Positions 1 to 10,864 of a stretch of DNA of 64,000 nt are shown here, piece after piece. The notes beneath the pieces were generated by a model, which had not been told where the DNA came from, did no database searches, and was given only the letters and a program-made list of their open reading frames with translations. This DNA comes from Octopus vulgaris (lineage: Eukaryota): NCBI GenBank assembly GCA_951406725.2, contig OX597826.1, positions 76,260,001-76,324,000 of the forward strand. The letters run 5' to 3'. Each line of letters opens with the position of its first letter. Positions within the stretch are counted from its first letter, which is position 1. A program made the translations under genes and the position numbers.

Positions 1-175
1 TATGTATGTATGCATGTATGTATGTATGTATGTATGTATGTATGTATGTATGTATGTATGTATGTATGTATGTATGTATGTATGTATGCATGCATGCATG
101 TATGTATGTATGTATGTATGTATGTATGTATGTATGTATGTATGTATGTATGTATGCATGTATGTATGTATGTAT
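1..175. repeat. (TATG)n microsatellite
   Basis: Directly visible. Confidence 0.97.
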
Positions 176-445
176 TCATGTATAAGTATGTTATGCGCTT
201 AAATATACGAACAGAACACAGCAATCGGTATATACAGAGTTTATTTCATATTACGCTTACAAACATTATGCGGAAAGAGGAACTCATACAAAGGTACACA
301 CTCACATACATACATGCATACATACATACATACATACATACATACATACATACATACATACATACATACATGCATACATAAACACACAAACTTGTGCAAA
401 TGGACAAGCACACACACGCACACACACAAACGCACAGTGTCTATT

Positions 446-653
446 TTACAAATTTTCCATATCTTCCACAGTCTGTGGTAAAGATGTATCTTTCACTTCC
501 GGAAGCAATAATGTCAGTAAACCGGAAACTATTCCCAACACTCCAAAGACGCTGAGAGGGAGCCACGATGCATATGAAGAGAGTCCAAGAATAAGAGGGG
601 CGCTAATGGCTCCGATACTCGAAAACGTTGATGCAATTCCCATACAACTGTTC
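446..653 (-). CDS. SLC22-family transporter, exon 9 (NSCMGIASTFSSIGAISAP...LLPEVKDTSLPQTVEDMENL)
   Basis: tttcag acceptor; encodes TM11-12 and the LPE-x-K...LP-x-T motif. Ends either at TAA 446-448 or at a GT donor at 449-448 (see findings). Confidence 0.93.
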
Positions 654-816
654 CTGAAAAGAAACAAATCGATTTTAATCTTCCATTCCATTCAGAATAC
701 AAGACTATTTATTTATGGATTTATTACATGGTCTGTACCACACGATTTAGTTACCCATTTGACTATCTTCTGCTATGAAGCATTTTACTGTATATATATA
801 TATATATATATATATA

Positions 817-986
817 GTTAATCCAAACAAGAAAGCACAAAAAACACAACAACGCGAGGACGTGGAACAAATATAGTATTATTGGACGCTCAGGAAGGAA
901 GGAAAGAAGGAGGGTTTAACGTTTCGAGCGGAGTTCTTCGTCGGAAACATAGGAGAAGGAAAGATCCAGAGAAGGGAAGACAGAGG

Positions 987-989
<3 letters not shown>
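817..989 (-). mobile_element. Penelope-like terminal-repeat element, family P1 copy 1 (hammerhead-like motif 914-948)
   Basis: Similar to 4359-4566 and 32514-32720. Flanked by (TA)n on both sides. Confidence 0.7.
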
Positions 990-1029
<40 letters not shown>

Positions 1030-1031
<2 letters not shown>

Positions 1032-2882
1032 AACTTAGATAAACTTAGATATGTTTCGACCAATGATTGATCCAGGCTATGTCTAACTTAATAGCACCAC
1101 CTGATAGGATTATTTGAATCTTGTTTAAGTCAAGTTTTGTTTATGGTCCATTCAAGTAGTGAGCTTTTGTTGGGTGAATTGTATCCAATTATGGGTGGGT
1201 TATCAGGTATTCCTTGAAGGAATCTATCCAGACTCCGTTTAAAGTTGATGGGATCCTGTTCCTCTTTGATCTCTTTCGAGACAATGTTAAATAGGGCAGG
1301 GCCTGTTGAGGAAAAGAAATTATGTTGTAGTGTACATGTATGCTGTGATCTTAAATTGGGCAGGGGACGTATGGCCCGTGGTCCCAGTCTTGGATGAACC
1401 TTGAAGCTAATGTTCAGGTCGTTTGGGTAAAGTTGGCGGTATATTCTCCACATCGTACAAATGATGTACCGTTCACGGCGACGCTGGAGAGAGTAGAGTT
1501 TCAAGGCTTTAAGGCGATCCCAATAATCGAGAGCAGCCATGCTTTCAATTCGTTTTGTGAGTGCTCTCTGGGGTGATTCAATCCTCGAGATGTTTTGTCT
1601 TGTATGGGGAGACCACAGTGGGCAGCAGTATTCGAGGTGTGGCCGTACAAAGGAGGAGAAAAGTGGTACGATGACACCTTGTTCTCTGGACCAGAAAGTT
1701 CTTAAGATCCAGGAATTCATCCTACGAGCTATATCGACCTTCTTATTGATGTGTGCACTCCAACTGAGATCGTCATCAACAATTACACCCAGGTCTCTGA
1801 TATTGTTAGAGGCTGTGAGCGGTTCCCCTGAAGGAAGAGAGTATGGCTGTTTTAGTGAGGAATTTCTTCCAAAATGTATCAGCTCAAATTTTCCCTCGTT
1901 CAGTTGCATTTTGTTTCTGTCTGCCCATTGACTCACAGCATATAGATCAGACTGGAGTTGAGTTCGGTCTGCTTCTTCATTGACGGTTTGCTGGAGCTTA
2001 GTGTCATCAGCAAATATTTTCACTTTGCAATAATGTACGACACCGGAAGGGTCGTTTATGTAGATTATGAAGAGTAGCGGACCCAAGACAGTCCCCTGGG
2101 GGACACCGCTGGTGACTTTTGCTGGGCTTGAGTGGACTCCATCAACTACAACATGTGTTCTATTCGCCAGGAAATACTTGATCCAGTGTAGAACTTTTCC
2201 GCGGATTCCAACATTTGCCAATTTTGAGAGTAGGATATTATGGTCTACCTTGTCGAACGCTTTACTGAAGTCAAGATATATGACATCAGAGTTCGAACCT
2301 GTTCCCAAGGCTTTGAGTACATCTTCAATGTGGTGTAAGAGCTGTGTTAGACATTCCCTGCCACAGCGAAAGCCATGCTGATTTGCATTTAGGAGTTTGT
2401 GGGTCTCCAGGAAGTCAGCTATCCTTGATCTTAACACTCTTTCAAACACTTTGATGATGTGGTAGGTGAGTGAGATTGGGCGATAGTTGAGTGCGAGGGA
2501 TCTGTTTCCCTGTTTGAAAACCGGGATGACTGACTGGGATAGAAACTGTTTCGGTATATAACCTGCGTCTAACGAATTTCTCCAGAGGTTGGTCAAAGGG
2601 ACTGCAAGTTGGTGTCTACATTCCTTCAGGAGACTAGCGGGGAATCTATCAGAGCCTACAGCAGAGTAGTATTTGACCTCATTTATTGCTGCTGTGATGT
2701 CAGTGGCAGTGAAGGTTATGTCTGAGATTTTATGTCGAGAGTCAACTTCGTTCGCTTCTCTTGCGTCAATATCAGTGGGAACACTAAAGACAGAGCAGTA
2801 TTGTTTCTGCAGTATTTCTGCCATTTCTTTAGCATCGTGTTGGGGAATGCCGTTATCATCAATCAATGGCCCAATGGATCGT
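1030..2882 (-). mobile_element. 5'-truncated CR1/L2-group LINE with open reverse-transcriptase ORF
   Basis: About 580 codons without a stop: NYRPISLT, QHGFR, YLDFSKAFDKV, SGVPQGTVLGPLLF, IFADD, RDLGV, RPHLEYC, SLQRRRER. Short 3'UTR ends in the tandem (ATCTAAGTTT)2 tail. No endonuclease domain. Confidence 0.93.
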
Positions 2883-3067
2883 ATCATATATGTATATATA
2901 TAAATAAAAATATAAATATATGTATACATCCCCCCATATATCCCCCATACATACATACATACGCACATACATACATACATACATACATACATACATACAT
3001 ACATACATACATACATACATACATACATACACACATACACAAACATACATACATATATATATATCTC

Positions 3068-4313
3068 TTGGGTTGTCGGAAAGTTCGTGCCGATTTTTAA
3101 AGGAAAGAAAAAGGTCAATAAATACTTGCCATTTCATTTTTAATCAACCAAATATAAACCATTTTGTTGCGCAATGCGTCTCCATCTTTCCTTTAACTTG
3201 AAAATACCCTCTTCCCAGAATTGAGGTGGTTTCATAGCAAAAAAAAAAACGTCATCCAAGGAATTGAAATTTTTACCATTAAGACTATTCTGTAGAGATC
3301 TGAATAAGTGGAAATCCGAAGCAGCAATATCTGGTGAATATGGAGGGTGGGGTAACACATCCCAGCCGAGCTGCAGCAATTTTTGTCTGCTTCCCAAAGA
3401 AACGTGCGGTCTTGCATTACCATGTTGGAAAACAACACCCTTCTTGCTGGCCAATTCCGAACGTTTCTCTTGAATTGCTGCTTTTGACTCGTTCAGTTGT
3501 GTGCAGTATTTCTCAGAATTAATTTTCTGGATACTTGAGCGAAGCTCATAGTACAGAATTCCCTTCCAATCCCACCAGACACAAAGCAAGACTTTTTAAT
3601 GGTGAAGACCCGCTTTTGGGGTGGCTAAGGGTGGCTCATGTCGCTTTCTCTGAACATTTCGGTAGATAATCCAATTTTGATCACCAGTCACATTTTGCTT
3701 TAAAAAAGGCACGTTTTCATTCCGTTTATAAAGCGAATCACAGATGGAAATGCGATCCAAAAGGTTCTCACTCACCTCATGTGGTACCCAAACATCGTAG
3801 CGATTTGTGTACCCAAGTTTTACTAGGTGCTCATGAACGACGGATTTTGATAGGTTGAGGCTTTCTGCCAATTCTCGGGTTGTGCAATGTGTGTTATTCT
3901 CAATCAATGACTTGATTTGGTCATCATTTGTAGTGGATGGTCTGCCTGATCGCTCTTTATCAAAAAGGCTACAACCTCCAGCTCGGAACCTTGCGAACCA
4001 CTTCCGTACAGTTTTTTCGGATAAAGAAACATCACCGTAAACTGCGCATATTTCTTTGGTTGCTTGTGAGAATTTTTCCCCTTACGGAAAAAGAAAAGCA
4101 TCAAGTGCCGAAAATGAGCTTTCTTATCTTCCATTTTAAAGGGTTACAGAATTAATACAGGTTATCGGAACATAAACCTTCTTCCACGAAAAGATAGCTT
4201 AAACTGTGAGCTAAATGGAGGTGTAGTCAAATATTATTTTATGGACTCAATCATGTTCTAAAATAGGTCGAAAGGTAAGCTACTATAAATTGGCACAAAC
4301 TTTCCGAACAGCC

Positions 4314-4316
<3 letters not shown>
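3068..4316 (-). mobile_element. Full-length mariner transposon with frameshifted transposase pseudogene
   Basis: About 29-bp imperfect TIRs (ttgggttgtcggaaagttcgtgccgattt / aaattggcacaaactttccgaacagcccca). Transposase is split over three frames: MEDKKAHFRHLMLFFFRKGKN, WVPHEV, TGDQNW, LCVWWD, FQHGNARPH (second catalytic D changed to G), YSPDIAASDFHLF. Confidence 0.93.
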
Positions 4317-4358
<42 letters not shown>

Positions 4359-4362
<4 letters not shown>

Positions 4363-4563
4363 ATCCAAACAAGAAAAAACAAAAAAACACAACAACGCGA
4401 GTACGTGGAACAAATAAAGTATTATTGGACGCTCAGGAAAGAAGGGAAGAAGGAGGGTTTAGCGTTTCGAGCGGAGCACTTCGTCGGAAACATAGAAGGA
4501 AAGATCCCGAGAAGGGAAGACAGAGGAAAAAATCGCCAGCGGTACTCACGAGGTCACATATTG

Positions 4564-4566
<3 letters not shown>
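4359..4566 (-). mobile_element. Penelope-like terminal-repeat element, family P1 copy 2 (hammerhead-like motif 4457-4491)
   Basis: About 205-bp repeat inside (TA)n. Confidence 0.7.
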
Positions 4567-4604
<38 letters not shown>

Positions 4605-4699
4605 CTCTTTTATTAATTGACATAGGTCGGTCAAATTACACATGCCTGCAGTGACGCTTCCCCTATTGAAAGGTACGACTCACCATAGTCTCCACTGAA

Positions 4700-5470
4700 A
4701 GAGATTTTTGTGCCATTGTTGCACTCAAGACTGGCACACTCGTTGTGCCCACTCCTTCAGATCTACTTTCACCGCATCAAGTGATTGTCTTCAAAGACAG
4801 TCCTCCATTGAACCAAACAAGTTGAAATCCATGAGCATCGATCCGGGTATTACGAGGACCACTGACCAGCCCAGTTTTCCAGTTGTCTGTTTTGTTACCA
4901 AAGATGTATGCAGACACGCATTCTCATAGCAGAGGTCAATCGTTTCCAGATTCTTATTCGGCGTCTTCCTCTTAATGGCTCCTCTAAGCTTTTGGAGAAT
5001 CTCAATGTATCGGTCGCTGTTTACGATACAAGCATGTTCCAAATAATCAGGGTCAAAGGCACCCTTTGTCCTTTCCCAAAATAATCGCCAGGGATTCCTG
5101 TGCCGAAAATTTGCTTTTGAACTTCTTAGTTCTTGGAGAAGAGATGTGGTGGCATTCAATGGACGAAGACTTCGTTTCTCGATCAAAGAAATACGCTCAC
5201 ATTTCATCCCCTGCGATCAAAGCAGACTTATCTTCTTCTCCATTTCAAATTGAGTGTCAGCTATCAAGGCGTCCACTTTGCATCCACTTTCAAAGTTTGT
5301 CCACCATCTTTTGTGATGCACTGCGACCACAGACCAAGAGTGCAGCAAGCTCACGAATCGTGACTTATTTGTTACTTCGAATTACATCTTCCAGTCGCTG
5401 GTGATTTATGTAAGTGGTCGCAGTTGATGATCTCCCACCACGTGGATTGTCTTCAAAGTTGCTTTCTTCT
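4700..5470 (-). mobile_element. Degenerate mariner remnant
   Basis: Fragments FEDNPRGGRSSTAT, VNSDRYIEILQKLRGAIKRK, ENACLHTS, LGWSVV, DFNLFG. Confidence 0.75.
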
Positions 5471-5645
5471 AGTGATCGATAATCTGAAGTTCTATCGATT
5501 AGGACAGGGAAAAGTCTATGCCAATCATATTCTGTGATTAGTCCTGACAATAATTTAATCCTGACAAATGAAATAAATAATTTTAGAATAAATAATTTTA
5601 TAAGGATTTATCTATCGAAAGTGGAACATGTAGGTGCACACTCAC

Positions 5646-5754
5646 CGTATAATTGTTGGAAATATTTCTGCTGATAAAAGATATAGTCCATCCCAGGAAG
5701 CTGTACAACCAAACTTGCCGAGAACAGCCAATATTAAAGGAAACCAGGATGAAT
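5646..5754 (-). CDS. SLC22-family transporter, exon 8 (DSSWFPLILAVLGKFGCTASWDGLYLLSAEIFPTIIR)
   Basis: 109 nt, ttgtag and gtgagt. Contains the GKFG and E(I)FPT..R motifs. Not present in the ORF track. Confidence 0.95.
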
Positions 5755-5889
5755 CTACAAGATTATAATCAAAGTTGAATTAATTCTCTAATGACAGGTA
5801 TTTTTTAAAAAAGTCACCTATTCTATAAGCCCGTCTTCAGAATGAAACACATCGATTGTTAATTATAAATATGATAAAGTTTTTAATTA

Positions 5890-6430
5890 TAAATATAATA
5901 ATTTTGTATTTTCCACATCAAAACCCTCCACATACCAATTGGTGAGTTCTATTGGTTAAAATTGTTAGCATCTTCAAGATGTAGCTGTGATAGGATTCGA
6001 ACGCTGAACCGTCAAGTAACGAAAGATTTGTTCAGTGTAAACTGGACCCAATGCTTTTAGTGTTGACTGAATTTTTATTACGTAACGATTTTGTTGTGGC
6101 TCTGAGATATGGAAGATTGTTACAGGCTCAAATCCATTTTGAGCAGGATGGTTTGTTTCAGTAATTTGGAAGCGATTGGAGGAGAGAGAGAGAAATGCAG
6201 ATGTGAAAAGAGAGCGCGAAATTAATTGAAAGAGGTTTGAAGTTAAATGAGGGCGTCCTGACGATTAGCAACTCAGTAGCATTTGCATATTCTCATGGAG
6301 GAAAACATTTCGATTAGAGGAGAATTCTTCATTTGGAAAAAAATCAAACTCATTTTCCAGTTATTCTTTTTTTTTCCGCAGTTTCATGGTAATTTATTAA
6401 GACCCGTGCAACGCCGGTTACTACTGCTAG
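5890..6430 (+). mobile_element. Probable Helitron (3' end clear, 5' end uncertain)
   Basis: cccgtgcaacgccgg hairpin followed by tactgCTAG|T, similar to the H1 ends. Confidence 0.45.
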
Positions 6431-6460
6431 TGAAATGGATGAAGGAAGTAGTAAGTATTT

Positions 6461-6692
6461 ATTTCTTTACTGCCCACAAGGGGTTAAACACAGAGGGGAT
6501 AAACAAGGACAGACAAACGGATTAACTCAATTACATCGGCCCCAGTGCGTAACTTGTACTTAATTTATCGACACCGAAAGGATGAAAGGCAAAGTCGACC
6601 TCGGCGGAATTTGAACTCAGAACGCAGCGGCAGACGAGATACGGCTACGCATTTCGCCCGGCGTGCTAACGTTTCTGCCAGCTCGCCGCCTT
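6461..6692 (-). mobile_element. tRNA-derived SINE with Nin/Deu-like core (family S1), full monomer
   Basis: Minus strand has an A-box-like tggcagaaacg, B-box gagttcaaattcc and core gcctttcatcctttcgg.gtcgataaattaagtac. Other copies or fragments at about 13782-13920, 17985-18280, 37114-37346, 47395-47579, 48665-48795, 55669-55714 and 63385-63595. Confidence 0.88.
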
Positions 6693-7492
6693 ACCAGTAG
6701 CTTGTGAAGTGCAGGGGCTGTTATTGCTTTAACTATCTCATGCTACACATAGAAATCGCTCTCATTTATTGCAATGGAAAGCCTCAGTGCCGGATGTTTA
6801 CTGTTATGGGCAGTGGTTATCTTGAGGCCACGTGGGGTCACAATGTGTGTGCACACCATGGTGGGGATTGTTTATGCATCGGAGAAGGAATGGGATCAGT
6901 GTTCTGAGAAAAACAAATCAGGAGCTACCTCAAGAAAGGCATTTTGTTCGAATGTGAGTTTGTCGAATTGTGCTCAAACAAAGCGCAATTTAATGAAATG
7001 AACCACAGCCTAAGACTCGTTGGGTGAAAATGCATTCGTTTACCAAGTTTGGTTTAAATCAGCTCAATGGTTCCGGCGCTATGGCCTGCCTTAAAGGTAT
7101 TTTTTTGAGTCGGTTTTCCCGTACTCAGACGAAACGGAATTTGAAAAAAATAATAACGAAATGAAAAACCTTGGATAAGAATGCATAGGTATGTCAAGTT
7201 TGATCAAAATCGGACGACTTTTTGAAAAAAATCGATAATTTTGGATCGAGTTTATTCGAAAACCGAACACTGATCGAAGCAGTTGTTATGAATCAGTTAG
7301 ATGGAAGTCGAGTTATAAACTTTTGAACTTGTATACACACACACACAGAATCACTGTTTTATATATATAGATAACCGCTCGGATTATTTTGTGCAATCTT
7401 TTATTTTTTTTATGCATTTATTGCTGCACACACACACACTCACACAGACACAGACACAGACACACACACACACATGAACACACACTCACACA

Positions 7493-7533
<41 letters not shown>

Positions 7534-7879
7534 GTATGCATGTATATGAGCAGCAGGAGGTTTAACTTGAAGTCCCTGTCAACCGCTGAAGTATAATAAA
7601 TATATTTGACTATATGGTCCCTACTGGGGCCCTTTGTCCGTTGTTATCGATAAGTCTAGAATGCAAAACCTTTAACACCGCCCCCTCCCCATCGACATAC
7701 TTTAGGCGTGTATAATAAGACACGTATTAGTGTCGGATATTTCGACATCGGTTTTCTCAATATTTCCCACCACCGTCTTCAGGTGGTAACTCTGAGCTTC
7801 ATCAGAACTTGTAACTAATTATGTGTTTTGTTTTAATGTATGCGATTTTGGATGGGCCTGTGCCAAACTTGAAAATTAC

Positions 7880-8094
7880 CTTTTGATACAAAATTCGATG
7901 CTATGCAGTTGATTCCTCCGAATATCATGAAAAAACAAATTGGTTTACGATGGCCAAACAAATGGAAGGAATAGCTACAGAGAATACCGGCCGGAAGCTC
8001 GATCAATGACATTAAAAAGAAATTTAAATAACGACTGCCAGCCATGTCAACCGAGTTCATTGTCACTCCGTAATAAAGCACGCTGTTGATAAAC
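7880..8094 (-). CDS. SLC22-family transporter, exon 7 (FINSVLYYGV...YLNFFLMSLIELPA...)
   Basis: 215 nt, ttacag and gtaatt. Contains the YYG and YLNF...E-x-P motifs. Confidence 0.95.
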
Positions 8095-8467
8095 CTGTAA
8101 AGAAGAAGCAAAAAGTTTATTGTTATTGGGTGAGAGAGCGGTGCATGTCATCTAAACCTGGCGCGTTAAATAGTCGTAAAGAAGTTTTCCCTAAATATGT
8201 CCACTTCAAGCGCTGTCTACTGGATCTCCTTGTTTACTGGTTAGGGTTTTTCGGGACAACCCGACCTCATTAACGTTTTTATATGTTAAGACCTAAATCT
8301 TGCTTTCTGAGCGTTTCCTCACGCCCGCATCTTTGAAAGTTATTATTTTTTTTGTATTTGTGTAGAGTCTGACGAGCTGTCCGCAAGGCTTTGGCTTTCG
8401 TGAGTATGAAACCTTTGGCAACTCTATGTTCAATATTTAAATATTTGTTGTTGCATAAGTAAATGTG

Positions 8468-8553
<86 letters not shown>

Positions 8554-8648
8554 CGTAAATATATATATATATATATACATTTTTTTCTGTGTCCCTTTCT
8601 GTAGAAGAGCGTAGGCTCGAAATATAAAAGACTTTTTCTATCTCCCTA

Positions 8649-8709
<61 letters not shown>

Positions 8710-8746
8710 GTTCATTGTTAAACCTCGCTAAGATAAATATTTCAAT

Positions 8747-8809
8747 CACCTGAAGATTGACTGTAACTTGAATTTTTACGAATTGGACAGCCATGAAACG
8801 ATCGTAGTG
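8747..8809 (+). ncRNA. Minimal type-I hammerhead ribozyme motif
   Basis: CAC-CTGAAGA-(T TGACTGT...ACAGCCA T)-GAAAC-GATC-GTA-GTG. Both core boxes are present, stem I is CAC/GTG, and stem/loop III is the palindrome ACGATCGT. Confidence 0.6.
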
Positions 8810-9066
8810 TTATACTCATTATCTTTTTTTAATAATTTTGATATGTATTTAAAATAATATAAATTAATTAATCTTATGTATTGGCTTAAGTTTTTGATTG
8901 TATGATTTGCCTAATAGTGGTTTAATCTCTAATTTAATATAATATAATATTTTACTATAAAATTGGATTCAATCCTAAATCTGATTTTTCCCTGTAAGTT
9001 TGGATTTATTCCCTAATATTTTATTATTATATATATATATGTATACACACACACACACACACACAG

Positions 9067-9115
<49 letters not shown>

Positions 9116-9133
9116 CATATATACATACATATG

Positions 9134-9172
<39 letters not shown>

Positions 9173-9207
9173 TATTAACAAAAGTCGGGCTGTGTGACGC
9201 TCAGTTA

Positions 9208-9848
9208 CTCAATATATGAAAAATGCATTAAATACTACAAAACATATACGCAGAACAGACACAAAAGGACCCTAATTCTTCATCAGTTATAGATTTTATC
9301 CCTTCTTTCCTTCCTTCCTTCCTTCTTTTCCTTCCTTCCTTCCTTCCTTCTTTCCTTCCTTCCTTCCTTCCTTCCTTCCTTACCTGTACCCTCTGCCGCT
9401 TCCCCTCTCTTTCTCAACCTCCTTTCTTTCTATCTGCTGCCAATATGTGACCCGTGCCTGTTCCTCATCTCTCTGCCTTTTCATCCCCAGACGCTTTGCT
9501 TGCCGGTCAACATCTGTCTCCCCTTCTCGCTATTTCTCTTCCCATATTCATTCAGGATTCCTCCCAGGCCTTACCCATAATCCTCCTGTTTGGAAGAAGG
9601 GCTTTATTTATCCCGTCTTAGTCTATCGTTTCAAATTACATTTCTTTACTTTCGTACGCCTCACCCTGTATTGTCTTGTTTACTCGAGCCCTAATTCTAC
9701 GCAAATCTTGCCGATGCCGCCGATACACGAAGTTCTCAATCTTATCGTTAAAGGCACGAGACTGATTGTTAGTATTTTGGTCGATAACTGACGAAGAATT
9801 AGGGTCCTACGTGTACATATTTTAGTATTTCATGCATTTTTCATTTAT
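9208..9848. mobile_element. Element with ~70-80 bp imperfect terminal inverted repeats
   Basis: atgaaaaatgcat.aaatact...ggaccctaattcttc.tcagttat at the left end is the reverse complement of 9784-9848. The same terminus recurs at 12986-13053. Confidence 0.65.
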
Positions 9849-9861
9849 ACACATACACACA

Positions 9862-10259
9862 TCTTTATATATAAAAGAGAGGTTGTGTGTCTGTCTCTTA
9901 CGATTTAGATTCCTAACTACTCCCACATTTTGCGGTGCAGTTTAACCAAAACCGGGTATCTTATAGTCGTGATTCATATCGAGCCCTTCTGGGTATTAGC
10001 GCGCGTCTACGATGAGTCTACGATTTAAAAAAAAAATTACCATCATTTTTTTCCATTTTAATGCATTTTTTCGCTATTATATAAGGGAAGTAACTCTCTA
10101 AAAATGTCTATGATGAGTCAACAATTTAAAAAAAAATTTATCATAATTTTTTTCCCATTTTTAATGATTTTTTTTGCTATATTTTGGCTATAACTCTCTA
10201 AAAATGCTTATATAGTTATTTCCCTTACAAATCCGAGCAACGCCGGGTGATACTGCTAG
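9862..10259 (+). mobile_element. Non-autonomous Helitron, family H1 copy 1
   Basis: A|TC 5' end, subterminal hairpin ccgagcaacgccgg, CTAG|T 3' end, no TSD. Three related copies occur in the window. Confidence 0.85.
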
Positions 10260-10525
10260 TTTATATATATAATAAATGATAGGGTCAGAAAATGGTATAT
10301 ATGAGAAGCCTTTTTGCCCACAACTATCGTTTTGACGGATTTTACATCAATCCCACGTGGGTGGGGGATGAGGGAACTATATAATACATGCATGCATACA
10401 TACATACATACATACACACACATACACATAGACACATATTATAACATATATAAATATATCTATATAAGTATATACACAAACATGTATACACACGCACACA
10501 CACACACAAATATATATACAAAGAA

Positions 10526-10565
<40 letters not shown>

Positions 10566-10864
10566 ATACTACCTATCTATCTCTATATATAGATATACAC
10601 ACACATATATATATGCATACATACATGTACGTCTACATATATCTAAGATTGTATGCATGAATGTATGCATGGATGTATGTATATGTGCGTGTGTGCGTGC
10701 GTTTCTGCAGTGTATGTGTGCTTGTGTATGTGTGTGTGTTGTGTGTGTGTGTGTATGTGTGTGTGATTGTGTATGTGTGTGTTGTATGTTGTGTGTGAGT
10801 GAGTGTGTGTGCGTGTGTGTGTGTGTGTGTGTATGAATGTATACAAGTGTGTATATATATTTAC

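Noticed and set aside
2883-3118. N-terminal extension of the 662-aa RT ORF
   Set aside because: It reads through a mariner TIR and a microsatellite and is not part of the LINE protein.
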